Shown one piece after another: positions 11,801 to 24,980 of a stretch of DNA of 64,000 nucleotides. The notes under the pieces are model-generated. The model did no database searches, was not told where the DNA came from, and saw only the letters and a program-made list of their open reading frames with translations. Each line of letters opens with the position of its first letter. The stretch's first letter is position 1. A program made the position numbers and the translations under genes. This DNA is from Octopus vulgaris (lineage: Eukaryota). The stretch covers positions 50,220,001-50,284,000 of the forward strand of contig OX597822.1 of NCBI GenBank assembly GCA_951406725.2, written 5' to 3'.

Positions 11801-14513
11801 ATAATAAGAAATAATAATAATAAAGATTTGAATGATAATAATCATTTCTACTATAACCACAAATGCGCTTCAAACGTAGGCACAGCGTTGGAAATTTTGC
11901 GGGCAAGGATTAGTTAATTGAACAGGTTCTAATTCTTTAATGCTTTTACATTTCAGTTTTAATATTTTTCAGTTTTGGAGTAAGTTGCATTTCTAGGCAG
12001 AAAGCCGACTTTGCTATCGCGTATGTAGCGGCAGAGCTATCTATATGCTGAATGATCAGCTATTAAGTTAGTTTTTCTTTGAAAAAAATCACTACAGAAC
12101 CTAATTCTGATAACGTTTTGTGTCTACGTGGGACACATAGAACTTCGCGTCCCTACGTGTTTATCTCGCCTAAGCACCTGATCATTTAACACTTGACTGT
12201 TTTCTGCTTCGAAGATGACCACGGTCTAAATCCAACCTCATTAATGATATCGCTTAAAATGACCTTCGTATCCCAACAGCGCAAATTCTCTGTGATAACT
12301 GTAATCAAGTATCTTTCAATTTGGATGATTCAAAAAATGCCTCACACATGCGTCCATCTTCTCTGGTATTGTTGCCACTGTTGCTAAAGTTTGGCCATCT
12401 TTTCTATGTTATATCTAAAAGTCATTAAAATATTCATTCGTATTCATTCCCATATTTTATTTCTTATACGCCCTTGTGGAGACGTTGTTCTTGTTGCTAT
12501 GTTGTCAATCTTTGTCATGATAGTTCAAATTTTGACAAATATTTTTTTTTCCAAATGAACAATGTCTAGAGGTTAACTTTATTGACAATATATTTCACAA
12601 GGTACATACACATCTTTTGGAATTACTCTGTAGTTTACGAAACAATGAGGACATCTCCACGTGGCCACTCACTTAAAACAACAATAACAACAAAATTCCA
12701 CGCAATTCACAGCCTACAGTATGAAAACAATTTTCAAAGTGAATATTGGGCAAATAATCTGTGAGAGGAGGAAGTGATGATCGATACTGAAAGCCTTTGA
12801 TCTTCTCAATCAAACCTCTAACCTGAAGAAGGTGTAAAAACATCCTTTCGTGATTTCATTACCTCTTTCTCTCTGGATTTCTTTGCTGCTAGTATAAATA
12901 AGCTATCGAAATATGGCACAATTGTATTGATAATTTAGGTGAATACTTTGATTAACTGCATTGCTTTTTGTTGAGATAAAGTAAAATTAATTTTCAGTTC
13001 AAAATCGGACATTTCATTCTTTCTGATATGATAGTTCCCAACAACGATAATTTTGTCATCCTAGTGGACACACCAATGCAAAATAATATAAAAACCCTCT
13101 CAAATAGTCCATCATTGAGATATTCATAATATACGACATAATCACACATATCATACCACAAAGAATGGAGGACGTGAAGAGAACTGGAAAAATTAACACC
13201 CAAAAAGTTTAACAAAAGCAATTTATAAAATGATAAAAAATGTTCTAAAAAGCACAATACGAATGGTACCTTCTTCAAAGTAATAATATATATCCTGTGT
13301 AACCTTGCGAAACAGGAGATTCAAGATGAAAATAAGGTATTGAACTACAAAACACAATTATCAAAGTCAGAAAATATCAATGGTTTCTTATGCAGTTTCA
13401 ACCGTAGCAATTTTGAAAGCAAGATATAATCGATATCACTGCATGTAGAGATTGACGGGTATTTTATGAATTGCTCAGTGAAATATCAACTTAGATAATA
13501 ATTGAAGAAATACCACATAGTATGTTTCTGATGCTCTAATTATTCCGGCCACTAAGCAATTTGTCCACTAAGCAATTTGTCCGACACGCTAACGATTCTA
13601 CTGATTGACTGGCGGACAGTAATGAGAACAAGAATGTAACTTTGAAAGAAAGTCAAAACCGTACGTACGGAAGAAATTGGTCGACCTGATGTGATCTATT
13701 ATTACCGAACAAAATATTTCAGAAGTGTCCTCAACATTTTAGTGTATGATAAAGCAGCATCAAAAAATGCATACAAAATCATTTATCATTGCAGAATTTC
13801 ACATTCAGCTCGGTATTGACACCGATCACATTAAAGAGATATAAAGGGGCAAATATAACAATTCCAGCATGTTTTAAGAAATCGTGGCTTAACCTCAAAA
13901 AGGATGAACGTTTCTAAGATTGGCTCAAAGCCAAGAAGTGCTGGGATGGAACCAATATATTTGACGATCACTAAACTTTGATTGATATGCGAATCCAATA
14001 GTGTAAAAGAACATTGTCAATCACTCCAAGGATTCGAACTAAGAACGTAAATTTCTCCAATGCTCTGATGACGATTCTACTAATAATGATGATGGTAACA
14101 ATATTGTTGTTGCTGGCATTATTATTTTGTTTGACAGCATAAATAGTATATCTACACTAGCAATTAAAAAATAAAACAAAACAACTTATATATTTTCTCT
14201 TGATCTTTATACAACGAATAATTATATATTTTCAATCTGTTTGGCAACTTTCTGTTGATTCATGAAGATATTATCAAAAAATTTTTTTTTTCAATATCAT
14301 TCAAATAACATTTCTAATCATTTCTTTTTTTCTTTCTTCTTACATTTAATTTAAATATCCTTCGTCATAGCACCCAATACAGAAAATAAATTTTTAAAAA
14401 TATATCCATAAATAACTGTGTCAGGCACGCATGGACACTCTCTCTCTCTCAAACACATACACACGCATTTGCGCGCACAAATACACTCCATCTCTCTCGA
14501 TATATACGAATAT

Positions 14514-14603
<90 letters not shown>

Positions 14604-16073
14604 ACATATATATATATATATATATATGTATGTTTGTGTGTGTGCATGTGTGTGCATCTAAACACGCGCACACACACATATGTATGTATGATGCCAATTT
14701 ATATCTCGGTTGCTAATTATCAATGTTTAATGTGAACAAAAGGAATCTGAATGTAAATAAAAATATAAAAGAAAGTGAATTTAACATGAAAAATACATCG
14801 AAAGTTTAGTTTCGATGATGCTATGAAAAATTTTATCTTCAAATTGATGTAATTTTCCGTTTCATTTAAACTCTGACTGACATAGTCAACAGCGTTTGGA
14901 CATATTTGCTATTCAAAAGTAAGCTGTAAAGACTTTGCAATTAAGTTCTTGCTCGCTGTGGCTTGTCAATACTTGTACACCTATATATAATGAATGCATA
15001 GATTTAGTGAAACGGGTGACTAGTTTAATATTTATATATTAAAACGACTCAGTCACACACAGACTAACACACTCTTCTATAATCATACACCAATTTTCTA
15101 TCTTTCTCCCTCACACTTCCTTTGCCTTCTCCTTTTGGCTATAGACTAAAACATTGAAAAGCTAACTAATTTCATAAAAGCATGGAATCACTTGGAATTG
15201 TCACTGATTACGTTGATAAAACGTAATTAAAGAGGAAAAGGAATTCAGTGTATAATAATTGAAATTAAGAAACAAATGAAATCTCTTGTTTTATTATGCA
15301 ATCGAAGAAAATGTTTTAAACTAAAACATATAACTATTAGGCGTTATTAAATTTTAAATAAGAAAATTAAAAATTTTGTATACTTTTACTTATTTCATGG
15401 AAAATAATACCCTTTTTAAAAACATTTGTTGCACGTACAATTTTCAATCTTGTTACGCAATAACTTCAATGAAATTCGTTGCTCCAATACACAAAATATT
15501 TTTTGTTACATATGCAGTGGGTGAGGCAAAGAAACATCTAAGAATAATTCATGTATCGTAATGATTATTGCAGTTGTGTAATCCCTATGCAAACTCGATG
15601 GGGTTGATTTATCTTGATATGAAATCTTTCTGTATTTAGTTTGCATTAGCTTTAGATATAGTATACCTGTTTTGTTTAACGATATTTGGATGGTATTCCT
15701 AGTAGATCGACAATTATCTTAAGGCATCCTGGTTAACTTGTTATATTAATTACTCTGAAATGAATCTACCAAAGTGCAGTAGCACTTGGTGAAAATCAAA
15801 TTCTCTCAGTTCTGGTTTTCTTGGAAAATCATAATCATTTAATAGATAAGTCTTCAATTTTTATTGTAAGAACATTAATAACATTAATTAGTTGATCTAA
15901 CATTTGAGAAAAATCAAATTGGTTAAAAAACTTTACATGATATACTTTTTGATTTCTGTGATCATATTTACAAAGCTTATGCATGTCTCTGAGACATAAG
16001 CATGTAAATAATCCACATAGTATCAACATCAGAAAATATTAATGATTTCTAAAGCAGAGTCAACTGAAGCAAT

Positions 16074-16200
16074 TTTGTGATGGGTAGAGAGTTATGACAC
16101 CCCGCTGCGAGAATAGACTTGACCGACTGACTATAAATAGTAGCAGTCGGGAAGTATTTCGTCGATGTCACTGGACTTATAACCTGACTGTGCGTTCTAT
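16074..16200 (+). mobile_element. LTR fragment of the same family as 52115-52379
   Basis: TTGTGATG...GAGTTATGAC...TGCGAGAA...GACCGA...TATAAATAGTAGCAGTCGG aligns to the reverse complement of about 52300-52379. Confidence 0.6.
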
Positions 16201-16454
16201 TCTTCAGCAAAGCACTTCATTTCATGCTAGTTTCAGACTAGTTTTCTGGTCAAAGGGAACGCTAGCAAGTGTATTGTGTAATCTCATAAATAATTCGGGT
16301 TTTTCAGTTGCAAGAGCTAACAGTTGGAGGGAGACGGAAAAAATACCTGCATCAATTTGCTATGAATGTAGGTAGCAATCTTACCTTGAATTTATTCTTA
16401 GTTCAAGTTTTGAAGAGTGCAATTCTATTTTAACAGTTACTTTTTCAAAGCTAT

Positions 16455-17035
16455 ATTGTAAGTGTCACAGGAACTTAATCAGCATGCATTGCATTATGAG
16501 TTAAGTAAAGGCATCAACGCAACGGAAAGTGTGAGAAATATCGATGCAGTATATGGGGGTCGGTTAATAAGCGTAAGCCAGTGTTAACAGTGGTTCCAGA
16601 AATTCCAAAAGGGAAACTACAGACTAGAAAAGGATTCGTGTCCTGGAAGATCTGTAGAGTTCAAGGAAGACGTCCTGCAAACACTGGTGGAACACAATCT
16701 CATCGTAACTGTTGACGAACAAGCAGAGAAGTTTAAAATTTGTCATTGAAACATTCATCGACAACTGTATGCTATTGGAAAAGACAGCAAATTCAGGCAA
16801 TGGGTTCTTCACAAATTTTCCGAGTCTAATCGCGCGCAGTGAATGAATGTGTGCTCTTCTTTGCTGCGACGTCTCAAAAAATTGACCTTTTTCGGACTAG
16901 TGACGAGAAATAGGCTCTCTATAAAAATGTAAAGCACCAAAGGAAAGAAGAAACATCAGCACCCCAAACTAAAGAGGGTCCCCAAACAAGTAAGATGTTA
17001 TCTGTTTGGTGGGATATGAAAGGTTTAGTCCACTG
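16455..17035 (+). pseudogene. mariner transposase fragment (Mos1/Hsmar-like)
   Basis: WFQKFQKGNYRLE, PGRSVEF, QWVLHKFS (WVPHEL motif), SDEK*ALY, MLSVWWDMKG; multiple stops. Confidence 0.9.
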
Positions 17036-17575
17036 TTGTTCTACGATATATATGACATGGAACGATGTGGCACGAATGTTGAGAATGAACAAACATTTAT
17101 GAGTGTACGTAGGCAATAAAAATGTTGATAGACCACCAGAATATGAAATATCCTTGAGGATAAATTTTCCTGATGAAAGGGTCATTGCCAGTAAATTTCC
17201 TTAGTGCTTTAAATGCATCATTCAAATTTGGCAACGTCTTTTCAAACGGCCGTAGAAATGGACTCTGAACTACTTTCTGATTTTGTCTTATATATTAATA
17301 TTTAATATTTATCCTTTCAACCTTTACATCGCTGTTTACATTCATTTATTTATTCCATGATTTTTTCATCATACGATTCCATCTGTACTGTTTTTGCAGG
17401 TTTTATCACCTTTTGTATGTATGTATGTATGTATGTAAGTATGTAAGTATGTAAGTATGTAAGTATGTATGTATGTACATATATATACAGTTCTAAATAT
17501 CTGAAAGAGAATTATGCAGTAGTGGTACGATAAAGTAGTTGTATACTGTCACATTAAGTTGAGAGTATACAACTA

Positions 17576-17642
<67 letters not shown>

Positions 17643-17785
17643 GTTTTTGAGTTTTATTGTTGAATGCCCAGACGTTTTAAATATGTATTTATGTTAAATA
17701 ATGTGAAAATATGGGATCTTTAGAAAGTTGTTTGAACAACTAAGACGCTTGTTTATTATATCCTTTTGAATATATATACATATAA

Positions 17786-17845
<60 letters not shown>

Positions 17846-18214
17846 TACGTATAAACTTTAAGCATATATAAGTTCATAAGTTAAAATACCCACAGTTAAC
17901 AACTATCTTTTAAATATGTGTGTGCGTGTGCGTGCGTGCGTGAGTGTGTGATGCAGTGAATATTTTGATTACGTTATAACGAAAAGCAATAAGTAAAGGA
18001 CTGGTTGCTTTGTATCATCTTATTTTCTAGTAGATTTCTTGTCGCGCCGGATACAATGCTTACCTTACATTCTGGCTTAGCGCTCTGAGTTTAAATGCTA
18101 CCGAGGTCGATATCTGACGAATATTTCGAGACATACCTTCAAAAATCTGGAGATATGGCATATTATTTGATTACCTTGCCGACTGAATATTTTACTGTCG
18201 TGGCAGTATGATTG

Positions 18215-18590
18215 TTATCATTTGTACAGAGTTCACTTCCAACATAAAATGGTGTCTCATTTTCTTGCCTCTTGTGTGCCTTCGATACTACATTTAACAT
18301 GACGCTATCCAAAGCTTATTAGTAATCTCGTAGGATGTCACAGACAGAAAGGGTATATTGTTCGCACTTTCTAGAAACTCTGTTAGAGTAAATATATGGT
18401 CTGTCATTTAGTTCTTTCGACACCTTGCTTGTTATCTCGATTCTTGCTAGTTGAGATGTTTTAATAGTCTGGTAGAAATGATCTTTTCAAACAGCTTGTG
18501 ACGCAAGAGACATATGAAATGATAGTCTATGAGATCTTCCTAAGTATTGTTCCCATGAAGCATGACTGTATTTGATTCCTTCTGCAGTGA
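18215..18590 (-). pseudogene. RTE-clade LINE reverse transcriptase fragment
   Basis: Minus strand reads DLIDYHFICLL..HKLFEKIISTRL...DHIFTLTEFLE...DY**ALDSV, matching the RTE pattern NYRPICLL/DHIFTL/DYEKAFDSV. Confidence 0.75.
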
Positions 18591-19964
18591 AGATATCTTA
18601 AATATTGATTGAAAATCGAAATAGAATTTTGTACAGATGTTTCTCTCTACTACTTAACTCATGTACACGATGGAATGATAAGAATTCAAAACTCACAATA
18701 TCATCCTATTGAACCATTAATCCATAGACAGTTTTTCCTCCCTGCATTTGCTTTCGTCTCGAAACATTTAGGTATGAAATATCAAAGAATTTTCCATTCT
18801 TCCCGAGCGGCGAGCTAATACACCTGCTTGTTGTTCCTTCACCTGTCGTTGTCATTTGGTTTCTGTTAATTTGAACTATATGCGTGTGTGTATATGCGGG
18901 TGTACGCGTGCATGCTTGGAGTGTGTGTGCGTGTGTGTGTGTGAACTGCTTTGATTTATATTATACTTCCTGTTCTTTACATAACCATTCAGGTTGTTTT
19001 TTTTGTCATATAATTATGAATAAGCTATATGTCCCAGGATTACATGCAACCAATGTGTGGAAGATTGGTTGTCGATTTAGCAGACGCCATTGTATTGCTA
19101 TGGTTACTTTGATCTAAATTGGAAGCTTTGATTGTTTACACTTCAAGTGAAAATGCTACAATGGTCTCTCACATCTTACATCCCGGTAGTAAAATGTAAA
19201 ACAGTAATAAAAACGATCACTGAAATATTAAATATACCAATAAGGGATCTGTACGTTATATCGATCCAGTATTTCTAGTTATTTCTTTTATGGTATTCGG
19301 ATGAAAAGATTACCAAAAATCAATCGCGGAATAATTTAACTCAGAAGATTCAATTGAATATTAAAATGAATATTAAAACAAATACAGAAACAAAACTGAA
19401 TATTAAAATTAACTTCTTTCCTGATACCATAGCAGTTTTTCATAGGGCAATTTAATTGTAATAACAAATACAAACAATCTTAAAACAACATAAAATTATA
19501 AAACATGAAATATAGATAGCAACACAAAGCCTTCTGCATCCCAACTGAACGCAGAGAGATAGATGTAATTAAAAGACAATGGATGATACAACGAGGCACT
19601 CGTAATAAAATCAAACTTAGAGACGCCGATTGGTGATTATTTCTTAGTTATGCACAGAAGCTCGTGATCAATATTATTGAAATTTCTAAGGTAGTACAGC
19701 ACAATTGATAATATTGATGATATTCAAAGGTATTTTATCGACTCAAAAAAGTGAAAGGCAATGGTGACCACAAGAGGTTTTGTATTCAGTTTTTGAAAAA
19801 CAAATATATATATTTATATACATACATACAAAGTATGGGTTTTAGTTCGCAGGTGCTCTAAAATATTAGGTACGCTAGGTAAGTGTTGTAACGGATTACT
19901 AGGGCTCCAAGGTTATATCCAAGGCGGTAGTTACGGAGCCATTGCAGATTTCCGATGAAGCGTC

Positions 19965-20859
19965 TATATAATTGTTGAAGAGGACAACAAACATGAAAGC
20001 AAGGCACACATCTCAAGTTGTATACAATATTATTATTCTAAAAATGTCAAAGTCTTGCAGCAGTTTCAGGGATATCCCTGAGTATGGGATATTCCTTCAT
20101 CAGAGACAAATAGGGAAAATGAGAATGGTATATATTAATGAGATGACGATATAGAGGAAGGAAGTAAAGTAATAAGGAGATGGAGAGAGAGAGATAAAAA
20201 AAAGAAGCATAAAAGTTTATAGTTCAACCTTCCGATGTTGTAGAAACAAAAGCATAAGTCCTGAGGTGCAACCCTACGTAGATCCATGTGGGTAGAATCC
20301 TTATACAGTAAACATCCCCCTACACAATTCTTATACACCATACGCCTGTACACCTTACTTTATCTTAAGGCCAATCCTTAAATTCCCTCCTTCGTCTATC
20401 TATCTCTCTTTATATTTCTTTTCTTTCCTTTTACACTTAATAACCACCTGCGCTACGCTAACATTCTGTTATTGAACGGTGATATATTTGCGTCGTTTTT
20501 TCTCTGGATGTTTACTATATCAGGATTTTAACTCTTATAGATCTACACAGGACATGCTCTTGTTTCCTCAACATCGAGGAGTTGTTCTAGAGCATCAGAA
20601 AGTTGAACTATGAACTTTTATGCTTCTTTTTCTTCCGTCTAACCATCTCCTTATTCCTTTACTCCCAACCTCTATGTCGTTATCTCATTAAATATATATA
20701 CCATTCTCATTTTCTCCATTTTCCCCTACTTGTCCCTAATGCAGCAATATCCCATACTCAGAAACAACTCTAAGACTTTGACATTTTTACCAATAATAAT
20801 ATTGTATACAACTTGAGTGAGAAGTATGCCTTGCCTTAATTTGTGTTGGCCTCTTTCAC

Positions 20860-20866
<7 letters not shown>
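19965..20866. mobile_element. About 900 bp foldback element with about 300 bp inverted arms, each carrying a decayed hammerhead (Penelope pLTR-like)
   Basis: 19965-20290 is the imperfect reverse complement of about 20535-20866 (shared CTCAAGTTGTATACAATATTATTATT, CTGAGTATGGGATATT, GAAGCATAAAAGTT). Confidence 0.8.
20052..20107 (-). ncRNA. Type I hammerhead ribozyme, probably inactivated
   Basis: gtct CTGATGA aggaatatccc-loop-gggatatccct GAAA ctgctg CA agac. Core and stem II are present, but U16.1 is mutated to C. Confidence 0.65.
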
Positions 20867-20934
<68 letters not shown>

Positions 20935-20988
20935 CATACATACATAACAAAAGAGGGATTTATTCCTACGCAGGAGAAAATATAGCCG

Positions 20989-21161
20989 AATTTGTTGTTT
21001 AAAATGCACCTAAATTTCAAAAACTTGTAATTGTTTGAAATATATCTATTTACATATATACCGTATATATGTAAATACATTTTAAACAATTACATTTTAA
21101 AACAATATATTTCAAACAATTACAAGTTTTTCAAATTAAGGTGCATTTTCAACAACAAATT
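20989..21161. mobile_element. Small palindromic MITE-like element
   Basis: About 55 bp inverted arms (AATTTGTTGTTTAAAATGCACCT / AGGTGCATTTTCAACAACAAATT) and an inner palindrome TATTTACATATATA-ccg-TATATATGTAAATA. Confidence 0.75.
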
Positions 21162-21204
21162 TACCAATACACACACACACACACATATATATATGCATAT
21201 GTAT

Positions 21205-21412
21205 TTGTGTGTATGTGTTTGTCACCCACTATCACTTGACAACCGATGTCGGTGTGTTTACATCCCCGTAACTTACCGGTTCGGCAGAAGATATCGATAG
21301 AATAAGTACTAAGCTTACAAAGAATAAGTCTTGGGGTCGATTTGTTCGACTGAAGACGGTGCTCCACCATGGCCGCGAACAAACGACTGAAGCAAATCAA
21401 AGGATAAAAAAA
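21205..21412 (+). mobile_element. SINE family B, 3' half
   Basis: CTTGACAACCGATG...CGGTTCGGCA...GATAGAATAAGTAC...GGGGTCGATTTGTTCGAC. Confidence 0.85.
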
Positions 21413-22423
21413 AGTATATATATTTCTCCCAAGGTAGTTTCTTGGGAACTCTAACAATTATGTCTACTCACACTCTAAGTGACAATTAATAATGTTTTCT
21501 GATTCATACATATAGCCTGTAATTTTGAAGGTAAGACATAATCAATGACCTGAACCAGAACAGATTATTAATTCTTTAGTTTATCAGCACCAGAGGGATG
21601 AAAAATGAAGTTGACATAGGAAGATTCGATCCCAAAGCGAAAAGATTCAGAATAAACTGCGTAAAATATGATTTTCCAATGCCCTGGCAATTGTGCTCAT
21701 TTGTGGCCTTTAAGCGACAAATAAGAGAACAATTAATTCAAATGCAGGTCAATGCCTGCAAATAGAACTATAGACGTAAGTGAAGTACGTCAGCCTTTGT
21801 ATATGACTGGTACTTTATTTTATCGACCCTAAGAAGAGAGAGAGTGTCAAAGCAAACTTGATCTCGGCGGTATTGTATCCGACACATAAGCTTTGAATAA
21901 ACACTGCCACAAGTTTCTAATGATTACGATAATCCAGTGGTTTATAACAATGGACTATAGCATAGAAAACCAGAAAAAATATCTCAGCTTTTTGTAAGAA
22001 GGCAGTCGATAATATTGGCATCGATATTTTGACCTCGCTATCTTTTCACACAAAGCGTGAAACCGGAAGAAATACTAGTCATTGTGATATTCTACAGTGT
22101 ACGATTCTACTTGAAAATAAAATGTTGACACTCGAACGATAGTTGAGAACCAAAAAGAAATCACATTTCCAAAACACATTATAATTGAAGTGGTATTAGA
22201 ATTCATAGAGTTAAGTGTGAAAAATAGATACGATAAAGATATATATATAGATAACAAAATATGAACCCCCCTACGTAAAATAACACACGAGGACCTTTTA
22301 CCTAATGACTACATAATATTGATGTAAGAGTCGTTATAAATTATATGGTTGCTGATATTATAGTTGATCCTTTTGATAAAAAAAAATTCGAAAATCTACA
22401 CAACCAACTTGCAAACAGAATCA

Positions 22424-22454
<31 letters not shown>

Positions 22455-22633
22455 CATACACACGCGCGGGTATACTTGTCCGTGTCTATCTATCTATTTA
22501 TCTATCTATCTATGATGATGTACAGATTTATATATTAAGAAAAATGAAGTAAAATTTGGGATTAAAATAATTTATGTGGCTCTAATCTCTTTTGAGTGTC
22601 ATCAAGAACGACATACTCATAGAAAATTCATGT

Positions 22634-23060
22634 ATCTATCTACATGTATAAAAGGCAGGATGCGTGTGTGTATATATACGTGAATGTAATTTATGCACGT
22701 CCACAAATTAGCACGCATGTCGCTCCAATTTTATGAGGACGATGGTCACGAACATTGCTGTGTTTTTGTCAACTTATTTTCCCCGAAGCACCCGCGGATA
22801 GCGATAAAAATCGATTCTCAACCATAACTTTTACCAATTTCCACGTCAACAATTCAAATAATCACAACTTTAAACAACCACAATATTCAACAATTCAGTA
22901 ATTCAATAATTCCGTAATTCCAATTAACAAAGCAATAACTCACTTGTGAGCGAAATCAAGACACAGCAAACTACCAAAATGCTCGCGAGACTACCAAAAT
23001 GCTCACCCTGACTAGTACCACCACTACCCTTTATAGGAGTTCAGTTGCTCTATTCTTCTA
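22634..23060 (+). mobile_element. Probable non-autonomous Helitron 5' portion
   Basis: Begins A|TCTATCTACATGTATAAAAGGCAGG (Helitron-type TC start). Internal direct repeat CTACCAAAATGCTC x2. No clear 3' hairpin-CTAG identified. Confidence 0.4.
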
Positions 23061-24569
23061 ATCCCACAGGGCTGTGAATGACTCTCGCCACAACAACCTT
23101 AAAACAAAAAATATCCCAGTATATATATATTTGCAATATCAGCGCAAATTCCAACACTTGATACACATGACTGGTCTGCAGAAGAAATCCACTCCATAGA
23201 CATCAAATATATTCATTCAATCTTTTGTCATTTGTTCTTAATCAAGTTTTCCATTTAGTTAACAAACATTTATATCATGTTGCTACAATTGTACCGCTTG
23301 CTCGTGTAATTTCTGTAGGGGATTTTGCTAAAATTTAGTTCAACCCTAATTGATCAAACCCATGTTGAAAATCTCTCCATCCAGAGCATTTCTGTATTCG
23401 TATCTGGAATATACGACTACAGTGTACGAGGAGAAACTTGTTATTTCTAGAAAAGCAAACCACCACGTAGTCTCTATCTTTGACTAATGTTCAATCCTTA
23501 TGTTCCGTTCATTGTCTATGCCATGATGCAGATGATTATTGTTATATTTCTCTATTTCCAGAATAATAGATATAAATAATTTATTATAAACTCGAATCCC
23601 GAATAACAGCATTCCCCTTTAATAATGTGCAAATTTTTCGTTATATGTATTCATGCAGACATTCTTTCATTCTTAAAACTTTTAAATACTTGAGTTAAAA
23701 GTACACGGTCAATACAGACAGCATGTCTTGAATGTTTCAAACGAATCAAACCACATCCTTATCCTGGTCTGTTCACAACCAATCAAAAAAAGGGAGAATA
23801 AGAGGATCGGAAGCGGAACTGAATCCAGACTTGGATAACGGTTACGATATCTATCGATTCACAAATTATGGAAGGCAAATTTATCTTCGGTGGGAGTTGA
23901 AATCACACCGAACAGAGACCGGACGAATAACGCAAGGATTTCTATATCCGACGCTTTAGAAACCGATCTAGCCTGAGGCCTTATAAATTATACTATTCTA
24001 CATTTAAACTTTGAATCTAAGAGCATTCATCTATGACTTCTTATACTGTTTCAGTTTCACTTCTACTCTCACATTCTCTTCATTTCTTTCCCTCAATAAC
24101 ACAGAGAAGCGCGCGTACACACATGCGCACACATCACTACATGCCGGCACACATTCTGTCATGTAAAGAAAATTTCGTTTGGAAGTCTTTCAAAGCCTGT
24201 CTTGTATTGAGCTATTTGGAATAAACATGCAAGCTCGCATTTCAAACATTCCTAATCTGCATAAATCTGCAGATGTTAGCATCAATGTGTTCCAGATATA
24301 ACTGGCGTTTGAGGAAACAAGGTCACTCTACAGCCTCAATTTGTGTCAGTAACTGATGCTACCGTTCTAGATTAGAATTTCTTCGGCATCAAAACAAATT
24401 ACTACCGAAATCAGTCTCCTTAATCTTGTTTGTTACTACACTGACGATTAAAATTTTCCAAACAAATGAAATTCCCTGGCGTATTCTACTTGAAGACTAT
24501 TTAGTGAGATTACTCACAGGTGAAGCTGATTACTTGGATATTGCGAGTTAGTGGATATATATACATGTA

Positions 24570-24795
24570 TTCTTTTATTCTTTTATTTGTTTCAGTCAAT
24601 TGACTGCGGCCATGCTGGAGCACCACCTTTAGTCGAGCAAATCGCCCCCAGGACTGACACTTTGTAAGCCTAATACTTATTCTATCGGTCTCTTTTGCCG
24701 AACCGATAAGTTACGGGGATGTAAACACACCAGCGATGCTGAGGAACAAACACATACACACAAACACATACATACATACATACATACATACATAC

Positions 24796-24870
<75 letters not shown>

Positions 24871-24980
24871 CGTATATATATATACATATATATATATATA
24901 GAGAGAGAGAGAAGACACGTGCCCAAAATGCCACGCAGTGGTACTGAACCCAGAATCATGTGATTGGTAAGCAAGCTACT
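24570..24980 (-). mobile_element. SINE family B lacking its first ~20 nt, internally deleted
   Basis: Minus strand starts AGTAGCTTGCTTACCAATCACATG...GGGTTCAGTACCACTGCGTGGC. The 3' half is intact at 24570-24760. Confidence 0.9.

Noticed and set aside
12994-13278. Non-repetitive ORFs as candidate host exons (also 50322-50558 and 57996-58343)
   Set aside because: No recognisable protein motif or convincing splice-site pair. Small exons cannot be excluded without RNA-seq or a homology search.
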